DNA of 61,106 nucleotides from a bacterium (GTDB lineage Bacteria > Patescibacteriota > Microgenomatia > Levybacterales > UBA12049), in the NCBI GenBank assembly GCA_030698775.1, contig JAUYMJ010000028.1, positions 1-61,106 on the forward strand. Direction: 5' to 3'. The translations under genes and the position numbers were made by a program. The notes beneath the pieces were generated by a model. The model made no database searches. It was not told where the DNA came from and saw only the letters and a list, made by a program, of their open reading frames with translations. Positions 42,643-52,348 of the stretch are shown piece by piece (the stretch's first letter is position 1; each line of letters starts with the position of its first letter).

Positions 42643-42754
42643 AACTTTGCTCCCATGATATAGCAACGCCCCCACATCACTTCTTTTTTTCTCTTGGTCT
42701 CTAATATTTTTTCTTTTCTCAACAATTTAACAATCCAACCATCTCGCAATTATT

Positions 42755-44647
42755 ATGAAACATACTGTTTTTTACATCATTGATTTTGACAGCACGTTTG
42801 TCACTGTTGAGGCGCTAGACGAACTGGCAAAAATCTCACTTGTTGGCAATCCGAAACAGGACAAGATAGTAAGTGATATTGCAACAATAACCAGAGAAGG
42901 GATGGAGGGGAAGATTCCGTTCGCTGTATCTTTAAAAAAACGCGTCCGGTTATTAGGCGCAAATAAGCAGCATATTGCAACGCTTTCCAAAAAACTTGCA
43001 GCGTCAATTACGCCATCTGTTCAACGGAACAAAGATTTTTTTAAGAGTTTTTCTGAAAGAACATACATCATTTCAGGCGGTTTTTCTGAATATATCGTTC
43101 CTATCGTTTCACCGTTTGGGATACATAAGTCACATGTATTGGCAAATCGTTTTCTCTATGACAAAAAAGGAAATATCACGGGATATGATAGGAAAAACCC
43201 GCTTTCAAAAAACGAAGGCAAAGTCAGAGCCGTTGAGAGCCTCGGACTGAAAGGAGAAGTGATCGTTCTTGGTGACGGTATTACCGACTATCAGATAAAA
43301 GAACGGGGGAAAGCAGATACGTTTTTTGCTTTTACGGAAAACGTGAGACGGTCCGGAGTCGTTGTGAAAGCGGATGGTGTTGTTTCAGATTTTGACGAGT
43401 TTTTGTATTTGCAGCATCTCCCTCGAAAACAATCATACCCAAAATCGCGGATGAAAGTCCTGCTGCTTGAGAAAATAGACCAAAGGGCTGTTGACAAGTT
43501 CCAGAATGACGGTTTTGTTGTTGAAACCGTTTCATCATCACTTGATGAGAGTGCGCTTAAAAAAGCGATTGCCGACGTATCGGTTCTTGGAATCCGTTCA
43601 AAGACAGAACTGTCCAAACTGGTTTTGGAGAATGCAAAAAAACTTCTTGCTGTTGGGGCATACTGCATAGGGACAAACCAGATTGACCTCCAAACATGCT
43701 CGGAGAGAGGAATCGCTGTGTTTAATGCGCCGTACAGTAATACACGAAGTGTTGTTGAGCTGGCACTTGGAAATATTATCATGCTTTATCGAAAGGCAGT
43801 TGATAAAAGTGTGAATCTTCATAAGGGAATTTGGGATAAGTCGGCAAGCGGATGTTTTGAAGTCAGAGGAAAAAAACTTGGCATCATAGGTTATGGAAAT
43901 ATCGGGACGCAACTCGGGATCCTTGCCGAAGATTTAGGTATGGATGTGTATTTTTATGACATTGTTGACAAACTTGCACTAGGAAATGCAAAACGTTGCG
44001 CATCGCTTGGCGAGTTACTTCAGATGAGTGATGTTATCACGGTGCATGTTGATGGGAGAAAGAGCAATAAAAACCTGATTACGAAATACGAATTTGAAAA
44101 AATGAAAAAAGGAGTAATTTTTTTGAACCTCTCCAGAGGATTTATCGTTGACATTATTGCACTAGCCGACGCAGTCAAGAGGGGAATTGTTGCAGGATGT
44201 GCAGTTGACGTATTCCCTGAAGAACCGAAGAGTAACACGGAACTGTTTGTCAGTGTCCTCCAAGGTCTTCCCAATACAATTCTCACACCACATATTGGTG
44301 GAAGCACCGAGGAGGCACAAAAAAATATTGGAGAGTTTGTCACAGGGAAGCTCGTTGATTTTATCAATAACGGTACGACGACGTTATCCGTCAATTTTCC
44401 AACAATCCAACTACCACCCCAAGGAAAGTCACATCGTTTGATCCATCTCCATAAAAACACACCTGGTCTTCTTGCTTCGATCAATACTATTCTGGCAAAG
44501 CATATGATCAACGTTGAAGCACAATTTTTGAAAACCAACGATGCGATCGGGTACGTTATCACAGACGTAAATAGGGATTATGGACAGGATGTGTTAGAAG
44601 AGTTGCGGAATATCAAAGGGACAATTCGGTTGAGGGTTCTATACTAA
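42755..44647 (+). CDS. serA: fusion protein: HAD phosphoserine phosphatase (SerB-like) plus D-3-phosphoglycerate dehydrogenase with an ACT domain (SerA)
   Basis: N-terminal DFDSTF (DxDxT) and GDGITD. Then come KVLLLEKID, the GIIGYGNIGTQLG NAD site, TPHIGGST and a C-terminal ACT-like segment. Confidence 0.85.
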   Translation: MKHTVFYIIDFDSTFVTVEALDELAKISLVGNPKQDKIVSDIATITREGMEGKIPFAVSLKKRVRLLGANKQHIATLSKKLAASITPSVQRNKDFFKSFSERTYIISGGFSEYIVPIVSPFGIHKSHVLANRFLYDKKGNITGYDRKNPLSKNEGKVRAVESLGLKGEVIVLGDGITDYQIKERGKADTFFAFTENVRRSGVVVKADGVVSDFDEFLYLQHLPRKQSYPKSRMKVLLLEKIDQRAVDKFQNDGFVVETVSSSLDESALKKAIADVSVLGIRSKTELSKLVLENAKKLLAVGAYCIGTNQIDLQTCSERGIAVFNAPYSNTRSVVELALGNIIMLYRKAVDKSVNLHKGIWDKSASGCFEVRGKKLGIIGYGNIGTQLGILAEDLGMDVYFYDIVDKLALGNAKRCASLGELLQMSDVITVHVDGRKSNKNLITKYEFEKMKKGVIFLNLSRGFIVDIIALADAVKRGIVAGCAVDVFPEEPKSNTELFVSVLQGLPNTILTPHIGGSTEEAQKNIGEFVTGKLVDFINNGTTTLSVNFPTIQLPPQGKSHRLIHLHKNTPGLLASINTILAKHMINVEAQFLKTNDAIGYVITDVNRDYGQDVLEELRNIKGTIRLRVLY

Positions 44648-44783
44648 ATTTACCTAATTGCTCTAATTAACCTAATTTCTAAAGAATTACAAAATAAATA
44701 TATTAGGAATTGGGATTTTCCTCCAGAGGCGGATCAGCCTTTGGCTGAGATTAGGTCAATTAGAAATTGGAATAATTAGAAAT
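44648..44783. repeat. palindromic intergenic element, family B copy 2, with a central GC hairpin
   Basis: tacctaattgctctaattaacctaatttctaaag ... tcagcctttggctga ... ggtcaattagaaattggaataattagaaatt. Confidence 0.7.
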
Positions 44784-44789
44784 TTGTTT

Positions 44790-45851
44790 ATGATTTACTT
44801 TACACCCGGACCATCACAACTTTACCCGACAGTCAAGAAACATATGACAAGCGCTTTGCGTAATGAGGTCCCGTCGCTTTCTCACAGAAGCGCAAAATAT
44901 CAAGAGATCGTTTCGTCAACTGTTGTTGGTCTTCGTACATTACTTACAATTCCAAAAACACATAGCATCTTCTTCGTTGCTTCGGGGACAGAGGCGATGG
45001 AGAGGATTGTTGAGAATTGTGTTACGAAGAACAGTTTTCATTTCATCAATGGGGCATTCTCAAAACGTTTTTTTCAAACGTCCATTGAGTTAAAAAAGAA
45101 TGCAAAAAAACATGAGGTTGCGATGGGGCAGGGGTTTGATTTTGAAGAACAAATAATACCAAAGCAAACAGAGCTTGTTTGTTTCACCCAAAATGAAACG
45201 AGTACTGGTGTTTCGTTGCCGATGGACAAACTCTACGAATTAAAAAAACAAAATGCAAAGATGCTTTTTGTACTTGACATCGTCTCGTCTGCACCGTATG
45301 TGCACGTTGATTTCCGCTCTATTGACGTTGCATTTTTTTCCGTACAAAAAGGATTCGGTCTTCCCGCAGGACTTGGTGTAATGATTGTGGGACCAGATGC
45401 GATTGAGAAAGCGGAGTTTCTCGCGAAAAAGGGAACAAACATAGGTTCCTACCACAACTTTCTCTCACTCAAAACATTTGCCGACAAATACCAAACTCCG
45501 GAAACCCCAAATGTGCTGGGCCAATATCTTCTTGGAAAAGTCATCGGGGATATGCTGAAAAAAGGCATGACAAATATCAGAAAGGAGACTGAGGAAAAGG
45601 CGGCACTTCTTTATAGGTTTTTTGACAGACACAATAGATACATACCGTTTGTAAAAGAGAAAATGTTTCGTTCAAAGACAGTAATCACTGTTGTCATTCC
45701 GGATGGGTCAAAATCTGTTGTTCAGAAGTTAAAAGAGAGAGGGTTTGTTGTCGATAGGGGATACGGTGAGTTAAAAGAGACCCAGATCCGCATTGCGAAT
45801 TTCCCTGCTACCTCAAAAGCCGCTGTAAACAAACTCATCGCACGCATGTGA
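44790..45851 (+). CDS. serC: phosphoserine aminotransferase
   Basis: IYFTPGPSQL, class V aminotransferase fold, and the FSVQKGFG PLP-Lys region. Confidence 0.85.
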   Translation: MIYFTPGPSQLYPTVKKHMTSALRNEVPSLSHRSAKYQEIVSSTVVGLRTLLTIPKTHSIFFVASGTEAMERIVENCVTKNSFHFINGAFSKRFFQTSIELKKNAKKHEVAMGQGFDFEEQIIPKQTELVCFTQNETSTGVSLPMDKLYELKKQNAKMLFVLDIVSSAPYVHVDFRSIDVAFFSVQKGFGLPAGLGVMIVGPDAIEKAEFLAKKGTNIGSYHNFLSLKTFADKYQTPETPNVLGQYLLGKVIGDMLKKGMTNIRKETEEKAALLYRFFDRHNRYIPFVKEKMFRSKTVITVVIPDGSKSVVQKLKERGFVVDRGYGELKETQIRIANFPATSKAAVNKLIARM

Positions 45852-45944
45852 TAGTATCTGGAAGAGTCATCCTTTCTTTTGCAATCCCACATGTATACGC
45901 AATAGCGTACGAGTGTGGGATTTTGCTCCTAAGTATGTGGAGGC

Positions 45945-46334
45945 TCAAATAATTGAAACTGTTATGTTTCTTTTCCTTGGTCCGTCGAGCTCAATAAGAA
46001 TGACTCTCTGCCATGTACCCAGTACGAGTTGTTTTTCCTGGAAGGGGATGCTGATTGATGGTCCTATTATTGAGGAAATGATATGGTCGGGGGCATGAGA
46101 GGGGTTGTGTGGATGGCGGTAGGAGAGTTTCGGTTCTATTGCTCGTAAAAAATCCAATAAATCCTTGTCAGTCCCCGGATCAAGATCCGCTGTCGTTATG
46201 CAACATGTCGTATGGAGTGCATGGATAAGAACTACACCTTCATTTTTCGTTTGTGACAAAATTTCCTTCTCAACGTCTTCAGTAATATCAATAATCTCAT
46301 CTTTTTTATGCGATGTTATGGTAATGGTTTTCAT
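45945..46334 (-). CDS. yjbQ: YjbQ/UPF0047 family protein (secondary thiamine-phosphate synthase type)
   Basis: HTTCCITTAD..DPG...D..HP.....APDH...S..G.S..IP......LGTWQ. Confidence 0.85.
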   Translation of the reverse strand: MKTITITSHKKDEIIDITEDVEKEILSQTKNEGVVLIHALHTTCCITTADLDPGTDKDLLDFLRAIEPKLSYRHPHNPSHAPDHIISSIIGPSISIPFQEKQLVLGTWQRVILIELDGPRKRNITVSII

Positions 46335-46363
46335 TTTCTGTTAGTATACACCACACAAAACGT

Positions 46364-47434
46364 ATGGGAAAACTGCTGCTCATTGTTGTCATCGTTGCAC
46401 TTTCGATAGTCGGCATACTGTATATCTTTAAAAATACACTCACCTCGAAGATTATCTCCCCGTTAGCAAAGGAGAAACAAGAGATATTTCGGCCTTTAGA
46501 AAAATATTCCTTCGAAGCACTTCGAAAAACATCAATCGCGAGGGGAAAAATTGAAATTGGGGAGGTTGTAAAAGAAGAGGACGGGTTTGTCTCTCGTGTG
46601 TTTTATTTTTATGACTCGTTTGATAATAAGCGAAAGAAAGTCAGCGGGCTTATCAATCTTCCCGTTCAAAAAGATGGAAACTCTACAGTATTTCCAATAA
46701 TAATTATGAACAGGGGGTTTGTCGAACGTGAGAAATTTACAACAGGTGAGGGGACAAGGAGAACCGGTGAGGAATTTGCAAAAAACGGGTTTATTACACT
46801 AGCGCCTGATTTCTTAGGGTACGGAGAGTCTGATATGCCCTCTGTCAATGCTATGGAGGAGCGGTTCCAAACATACACGACTGATCTTTCGCTTCTCGCA
46901 TCACTCCCATCACTAGATACTGCGCTCGCAAAATCCGGACTCTCTCAAAAAGCCGATACTGAGAAAGTCGGTCTTTGGGGTCATAGTAACGGAGGACATA
47001 TCACGCTCGCAGTTTTAGCGATTACCGGAAAATCATATTCTACAGTTCTCTGGGCTCCGGTATCAAAGTCCTTTCCTTATTCCATTTTATATTACACAGA
47101 TGAATATGACGACCATGGGAAAGCGCTGCGCAAACTAACAGCGGATTTTGAAAAAGATTATGACGCGGAAAAGTATTCAGTGACGAATTATTTCAAATGG
47201 GTAAAAGCCCCCATCCAATTGCATCAAGGGATTGATGATGAAGCGGTGCCGTATAGATGGTCTGATCTCTTGAGCCAGACATTAAAAGATGATGATGTTG
47301 CTATTTCTTATTTTACCTATCCCGGCGAAAACCATAATTTCAATAACGGTAGTTGGTCACAGGCGGTTGCGAGAAGCGTTGTATTTTATAATGAAACGTT
47401 TTCTTCTGCCTCTTCCCCTTCTGTCTCAGAATAG
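46364..47434 (+). CDS. membrane-anchored alpha/beta hydrolase (S9/dienelactone hydrolase-like)
   Basis: N-terminal TM helix, the GLWGHSNGGH nucleophile elbow, and late D and H residues (GIDDEAVP, GENHNF). Confidence 0.7.
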   Translation: MGKLLLIVVIVALSIVGILYIFKNTLTSKIISPLAKEKQEIFRPLEKYSFEALRKTSIARGKIEIGEVVKEEDGFVSRVFYFYDSFDNKRKKVSGLINLPVQKDGNSTVFPIIIMNRGFVEREKFTTGEGTRRTGEEFAKNGFITLAPDFLGYGESDMPSVNAMEERFQTYTTDLSLLASLPSLDTALAKSGLSQKADTEKVGLWGHSNGGHITLAVLAITGKSYSTVLWAPVSKSFPYSILYYTDEYDDHGKALRKLTADFEKDYDAEKYSVTNYFKWVKAPIQLHQGIDDEAVPYRWSDLLSQTLKDDDVAISYFTYPGENHNFNNGSWSQAVARSVVFYNETFSSASSPSVSE

Positions 47435-47440
47435 GTCCCT

Positions 47441-48307
47441 ATGAAAGAAATTGTCCAGTTTGTGAAAGCACATCATGAGGTAAGAAGGCTATTCATTCCT
47501 GTTTCCAGGAGAATTCCAAGCCACCGTGTCCTTGTATGGCTGCTTGGAAAAAATCAACGGAATTTCGATCCTGATGAAGTCGGAAGAGAACTTGCGCCAT
47601 TTCTTCCGGAAAAACGACCGTCCCGGCAAACACTTGAAGAATACCGAACTCAGGAATGGTATTTCCATAACCCAAAACAAATTCATGCCAACAGGCATGG
47701 CACAGGGCATCACGGGAGAGATTTGGTTTTGGCAGGGCTTGATATGGGTAAACTTGAGGAGTCTGAAGGCATACGCGTCAATGAGGATGTGGTATATAGG
47801 GCGACTTCTGTACATGATACCCAGCGAGAAGACGATATTGAATTGTTGCGAGGTCAGGTATCACATGCAGAGCGTGGGGCACAGTTTGTAAGAGATAGCT
47901 GGAGGCATTTTGATCCTGAGATGACACAAGAGACGCTTGAGGGAATATGTTATTTGGTTGGGAGACATAGTGACAGAAGAGAGCCAAGAGAAAGTCCCTG
48001 GAAAAATGAGATGGGTGTCATGTTACGGGCGGATTGGCTTGACCTCACTCGTGGCATGGGATTTGAAATTGAGGTGGGGCAAAATGAAGTAGCAGAAAGG
48101 TTGCTTGAAATCTCGGAGCGTGCATCAGGGAGAGTAGCAGCCGAGTTGGCGCGTCATCACGTAAAGCCATACCCCTGGGCGCTCGACTTGGTTTCCGCTG
48201 CAAGGGCTTTGAGTATTGAGAGCAGGCGCGATAGATATGCATACCAAAAGGATCAGTTTGGCGCATCGCTTAATGCAGCAGAACGGTTGGGGCTTCTTGT
48301 ACCCTGA
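47441..48307 (+). CDS. hypothetical protein, possible HD-domain phosphohydrolase
   Basis: H...HD...D spacing: GHHGRD, SVHDTQ, GRHSD, ADWLD. Support is weak. Confidence 0.45.
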   Translation: MKEIVQFVKAHHEVRRLFIPVSRRIPSHRVLVWLLGKNQRNFDPDEVGRELAPFLPEKRPSRQTLEEYRTQEWYFHNPKQIHANRHGTGHHGRDLVLAGLDMGKLEESEGIRVNEDVVYRATSVHDTQREDDIELLRGQVSHAERGAQFVRDSWRHFDPEMTQETLEGICYLVGRHSDRREPRESPWKNEMGVMLRADWLDLTRGMGFEIEVGQNEVAERLLEISERASGRVAAELARHHVKPYPWALDLVSAARALSIESRRDRYAYQKDQFGASLNAAERLGLLVP

Positions 48308-48380
48308 GTTTGGCTTGTTCTGAAATGGATACATCGGATGAGAAGTCCATATGTTCTTATAGTTGTTGTATTATTTTTAT

Positions 48381-49688
48381 ATGAGTTTCTTACAAAAATG
48401 TATGTTCGGTATAGTACTTCTCCTGAGTATTTGGATGAGATTGTACCACTATACCGATTTTCCCCAGCGCGGGGCAACATCTGATGAGTACACCTACTCG
48501 TTTTTGGGAACGAGTCTTTTGACGAAAGGCATTCCTATTTCGTGGTCATCGTTTAAAACGTACGTGCACAAACAGGATCTGACCATTCAGGGAATTTATT
48601 TCCCGATTGTGCAGCCGTATTTTGACCATCCTCCGCTCTACGCGCTGACACTCGGTACGTTTCTTGTTGCCTTTGGCCAGGGTGATTTTTCCTCACAACA
48701 ATTAGCGACAATCCGTCTAATGCCGATTATCCTTTCAACAATTACGGGAGTGCTGTTGTTTTCTCTGTCAAAAAGGCTATACGGATTTTCAATAGCAATT
48801 GTTTCGTTGCTTTTGTACTCAACTGTCACAATTTTTGTGATGAACCAGCGGGTGTCAGTTGCCGAGAATCAGTTGGCACTTCTTTTTATTCTTGCCATGT
48901 ACCTTTTTTCCTGTTGGCAAAAGAAACTTACGCAGAACAGAATTGTATTGCTAGGGATGATTGCCGGAGCTGCATTCCTCACAAAAATTATGGGAGCTTC
49001 GCTTTTTGCATCATTATTTTTTCTCCTCCTGCACGAAAAAGTCGGGAGGAAGGGGGTTTTTATACTTTCTCTCGTCTTTACATTTTTTGTGTTGGCGTCA
49101 CTGCTCTACGCAAATTATTACGACTGGCAGCTTTTTTGGGCAGTCCAGGGAATGCAGTCGGGAAGGGACATCGGACCAGAATCATTGCGGATGTTACTGT
49201 TCCAGCCGGTCATTGTCAATAAAGTGTACTTTGACGGGTGGTATTCTCTTGGGTTAATTACGTTTCTCTATTTGGCACAAGATTTTAAGAAGCATGCACT
49301 GCTGATTGTACCCTCAGCAATGTATTTTCTCTTTCTTATTTCTTCGTTAACACGGGAAGGGCAGAGCGGGTGGTATATGATTCCGCTATTTCCGTTTATG
49401 GCGACAGCACTCTCTGTTTTTGTTTTTGAAAGCCTGAAGAAAAGAAGTTTTGCTTTTTTTCTTGCCCCGCTCTTCGTAGGGTTTTTCCAAATCGAGTATT
49501 TCATAGAGCCGATTTTGGGGTTGTCACCATTCATGTACCGAGTGCTTATCGTACTACTCTTTGTCCCGCTTCTTTTTGCATTCTTCCTAAAGAGAGAATT
49601 TCTCTATGAAAAACTTGGTTATTGTTACTTTTTTCTTCTTGTCTTCGGCACGATACTTATGACGCATCGATATATCCACCCGTCATAA
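48381..49688 (+). CDS. GT-C fold glycosyltransferase-like membrane protein (PMT_2/ArnT-like)
   Basis: First-loop DEYTYSFLG and DHPPLY, followed by many TM helices. Confidence 0.65.
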   Translation: MSFLQKCMFGIVLLLSIWMRLYHYTDFPQRGATSDEYTYSFLGTSLLTKGIPISWSSFKTYVHKQDLTIQGIYFPIVQPYFDHPPLYALTLGTFLVAFGQGDFSSQQLATIRLMPIILSTITGVLLFSLSKRLYGFSIAIVSLLLYSTVTIFVMNQRVSVAENQLALLFILAMYLFSCWQKKLTQNRIVLLGMIAGAAFLTKIMGASLFASLFFLLLHEKVGRKGVFILSLVFTFFVLASLLYANYYDWQLFWAVQGMQSGRDIGPESLRMLLFQPVIVNKVYFDGWYSLGLITFLYLAQDFKKHALLIVPSAMYFLFLISSLTREGQSGWYMIPLFPFMATALSVFVFESLKKRSFAFFLAPLFVGFFQIEYFIEPILGLSPFMYRVLIVLLFVPLLFAFFLKREFLYEKLGYCYFFLLVFGTILMTHRYIHPS

Positions 49689-49692
49689 TCAT

Positions 49693-49833
49693 ATGAATAA
49701 AGAAAAAATTGCCGCAATTTTGCTTGTCTTGCTGGTCAGTGTAATTTGTTTTTACATGGTATCCCACTGGAGTGAAGTAAAGGAGCGAACGCTGCTTCGC
49801 GGGGTGTTTCCTGCCAAGCCGAGTGGATTTTGA
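49693..49833 (+). CDS. possible small membrane protein (46 aa)
   Basis: My translation is MNKEKIAAILLVLLVSVICFYMVSHWSEVKERTLLRGVFPAKPSGF*. Confidence 0.3.
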   Translation: MNKEKIAAILLVLLVSVICFYMVSHWSEVKERTLLRGVFPAKPSGF

Positions 49834-49857
49834 CATGTTTTGATCTATTTTTATCCT

Positions 49858-49887
49858 TTGACAGGGGGATACGTCGTATAGTATAGT
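49858..49887 (+). promoter_or_regulatory. promoter of the cupredoxin gene
   Basis: TTGACA-18-TATAGT, then 9 nt to ATG 49897. Confidence 0.55.
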
Positions 49888-49896
49888 AGCCTTCAC

Positions 49897-50421
49897 ATGG
49901 AAGAGAATACCCCAGAGCCTCAAATTCAACCGGGAAACAGAAACATGCTCATTATTGGTCTCTTCGTAGTCATCGTTCTTGGCGTCCTTGGTGGTATTTT
50001 TGTGATGAATAAATCAAAATCGGTTCCGACACCTACACCCGCTCCGCAGGTTACTGAAGCAACACCAACTCCGGAGGGAGCTGTTGTTGAAGTGACGCAA
50101 GAAGCCTCGCCAAGCGGAGGCGCCATGAGTAGTGAGACAGCTGGTGCAACGAAAACCTTCAATATTACAGCTTCAAGTTTCAAGTTTAACCCGGCTACCA
50201 TTACTGTCAAAAAAGGCGACAGTGTCACAATCGTCTTGACAAATTCAGGAGGGAATCATAACTTGGTTGTTGACGAATTCAACGCACGTACGAAAGACCT
50301 ACCATCGGGTGCGACAGATACAATCACATTTGTTGCAAATAAGGCAGGGACGTTTGAATACTACTGTTCGATTGGCAACCATCGCCAGATGGGTATGGTC
50401 GGCAAGCTGATTGTCCAGTAA
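49897..50421 (+). CDS. membrane-anchored cupredoxin (type 1 blue copper protein)
   Basis: TM anchor, TP-rich linker, then GGNHNLVV ... YYCSIGNHRQMGMVGKLIV (His, Cys, His, Met ligands). Confidence 0.8.
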   Translation: MEENTPEPQIQPGNRNMLIIGLFVVIVLGVLGGIFVMNKSKSVPTPTPAPQVTEATPTPEGAVVEVTQEASPSGGAMSSETAGATKTFNITASSFKFNPATITVKKGDSVTIVLTNSGGNHNLVVDEFNARTKDLPSGATDTITFVANKAGTFEYYCSIGNHRQMGMVGKLIVQ

Positions 50422-50445
50422 TTTTCTCCCCCCTCGATTTTCCTG

Positions 50446-50474
50446 TTGACACAGTATATATTGCATGTTAGCAT
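50446..50474 (+). promoter_or_regulatory. promoter, leaderless layout
   Basis: TTGACA-17-TAGCAT, then 7 nt to ATG 50482. The ORF-track TTG start is the -35 box. Confidence 0.55.
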
Positions 50475-50481
50475 TCGGTTC

Positions 50482-50931
50482 ATGGCTGAGGTTTTAACCC
50501 ATAATGGAGAGAAGCTTTTGATTTTAGGGGATAGGGAAAGACGATTCACGGTTTCAGCACAGGATGGGAGTTCAGCTGAGCATATTCTTCCTCGTTCAGC
50601 ACGGGTTTTTTTCATGGAACATCCGGCAGGCCTAACTGACGGAATAACCCGTTCTGTCATGCAAGAACCGCCTGTATGTATAGGAGATAGACGGAACGAA
50701 AGAGGACAATCCAAAGCGCCTCGAAATATTTTTGACCAGAGTTTTCTTGGTCTCGCGGGAGAGGTACTTCCAGATGGCACATGCAATCCTCCTGAGCTTC
50801 GTGATCAGCTTGTCTATGCACGAGATACATTGGGCTGGGATATTGATCAGCCGATAGTCGAAGTGCTACATTTATCACCATCTGAGCCGGTAATATCTGC
50901 TCTTGCTGTTCTGCCTCTCTCCGGTCAATAG
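50482..50931 (+). CDS. hypothetical protein
   Basis: 149 aa from ATG 50482 with no recognisable motif. Confidence 0.45.
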   Translation: MAEVLTHNGEKLLILGDRERRFTVSAQDGSSAEHILPRSARVFFMEHPAGLTDGITRSVMQEPPVCIGDRRNERGQSKAPRNIFDQSFLGLAGEVLPDGTCNPPELRDQLVYARDTLGWDIDQPIVEVLHLSPSEPVISALAVLPLSGQ

Positions 50932-50989
50932 CGAGTACTTCTTTCTTTCCATCTTGTGTTTTCGAGTTCTTCGTTTTACGATTGAGGGG

Positions 50990-51562
50990 ATGGCCACAGA
51001 ACAGAAGGGGACAAAGAAAATCAGCGTTGACCATGTCAACGTAAGGATAAGCATCTCGTTTCTCGTCCTTAAATTAATCGCTGCTGACGTCATCACTACA
51101 GTCGTTCTCGTCCTTTTGTACTCAGCAATTTTCCAGACCGGATTGCAGGAGTGGCTTCCCGCAGCCACACCTGAGATGGGGTTGGTTGGCATTATTGCGC
51201 TGACAGTTATTGAATCGCTCCTCACCGTGTTTGTTGTGTTGGGGTGGGTATCCGAGTACTATGAAATCTCCTCTTATGGCATTGCACATAAAAGCGGCGT
51301 GATTTTCAAGAAAGTAGACAGATACGGCATGCAAAACATTAAGCAGATACTCATCTCCCAGGGTTTTTTCGGGAAAATGCTCAATTATGGTACGCTTACT
51401 GTATTTGACTGGCGGCTTGATAAATGCGCTGAAATGTATGCCATACATAATCCTAGGAGATACCTTCGGATATTAGAATCAATTTTGCCAAATGTCGATG
51501 AGCATAAAAGCTCGTTTGGGTCCATCGAGAAGGAAGATGACGACGAAGAAATGTCTGCATAA
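50990..51562 (+). CDS. membrane protein with a bacterial PH domain (YdbS/DUF304-like)
   Basis: Two TM helices, then YYEISSYGIAHKSGVIFKKVDRYGMQNI...GTLTV. Confidence 0.65.
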   Translation: MATEQKGTKKISVDHVNVRISISFLVLKLIAADVITTVVLVLLYSAIFQTGLQEWLPAATPEMGLVGIIALTVIESLLTVFVVLGWVSEYYEISSYGIAHKSGVIFKKVDRYGMQNIKQILISQGFFGKMLNYGTLTVFDWRLDKCAEMYAIHNPRRYLRILESILPNVDEHKSSFGSIEKEDDDEEMSA

Positions 51563-51620
51563 AAATTACGATATTTACCCTATAGTTTGATTTTTTACCC
51601 TCGGATTGCTACAATAACCT

Positions 51621-52328
51621 ATGGATTTCTCTGAAATAGAGAGCTACATTCAGCTTCCACTTCCTGGGAGCCAAGAAATTCTTCCGGAGTATGATCCCCT
51701 AGATCCCCATAAGGGTGGTGTACGTGCCTACATGATGGAAGATGATATTTTGGAAAGACAAAGATTAGCAACAGGAATGCTCCGGTCATCAGCTGTTGTG
51801 CAATATCATTGGGCCACCTCACGTGCGTTAAACGAGTTGTACCAGCGGATACCTGTGGGTGAAGCTTCATCTGCAATTTCCCGAGGAAGAGAATTATTTG
51901 ATAGGATCTCACAGGAATCTGGACAACATGTTGACTCGAGAAGGCACACATTGGATGCTATTTTAATAAGGGGAGGTCCATCGGATGTTGCAAAAAAATT
52001 CCCTGAAATTCGCGTACTTCAGGAAGAGATCCCCGATGACCATGCCGTTGACAGGTGCTATGCTTACGCTTTCGGATTTTCCGGAATGGATTTTATGACG
52101 TTTCTGGAAACTGATGAGGGGAAATCATTTCAGCCGATACTGCCTGTTCCCGGTGCTGTTGTGTTGTATTATTTTGATCAGGAGTTTCCTTCTCATGCCG
52201 GAATTCTCACCCATGAAGGGCGAGTCCGTTCGCGGTGGGGACGTGACGCGGTTGTTGAGCATCCGATTGATTTTGTTCCCACCTACTACGGAAAAGTTGA
52301 AACATTTTTGACCAGAGATACGCAGTGA
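51621..52328 (+). CDS. hypothetical protein, possible NlpC/P60-like papain-fold hydrolase
   Basis: A Cys in DRCYAYAFG, then GAVVLYYFDQEFPSHAGILT (GD.V.F....H.GI pattern). An extended -10 TGcTACAAT lies 5 nt before the ATG. Confidence 0.5.
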   Translation: MDFSEIESYIQLPLPGSQEILPEYDPLDPHKGGVRAYMMEDDILERQRLATGMLRSSAVVQYHWATSRALNELYQRIPVGEASSAISRGRELFDRISQESGQHVDSRRHTLDAILIRGGPSDVAKKFPEIRVLQEEIPDDHAVDRCYAYAFGFSGMDFMTFLETDEGKSFQPILPVPGAVVLYYFDQEFPSHAGILTHEGRVRSRWGRDAVVEHPIDFVPTYYGKVETFLTRDTQ

Positions 52329-52348
52329 ACCCATGGTACAATACTGCT

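Noticed and set aside
42655-42663. The mini-ORF ATG ATA TAG 12 nt after the serA-operon -10 box, as a leader peptide.
   Set aside because: Two codons with no conservation evidence is most likely chance.
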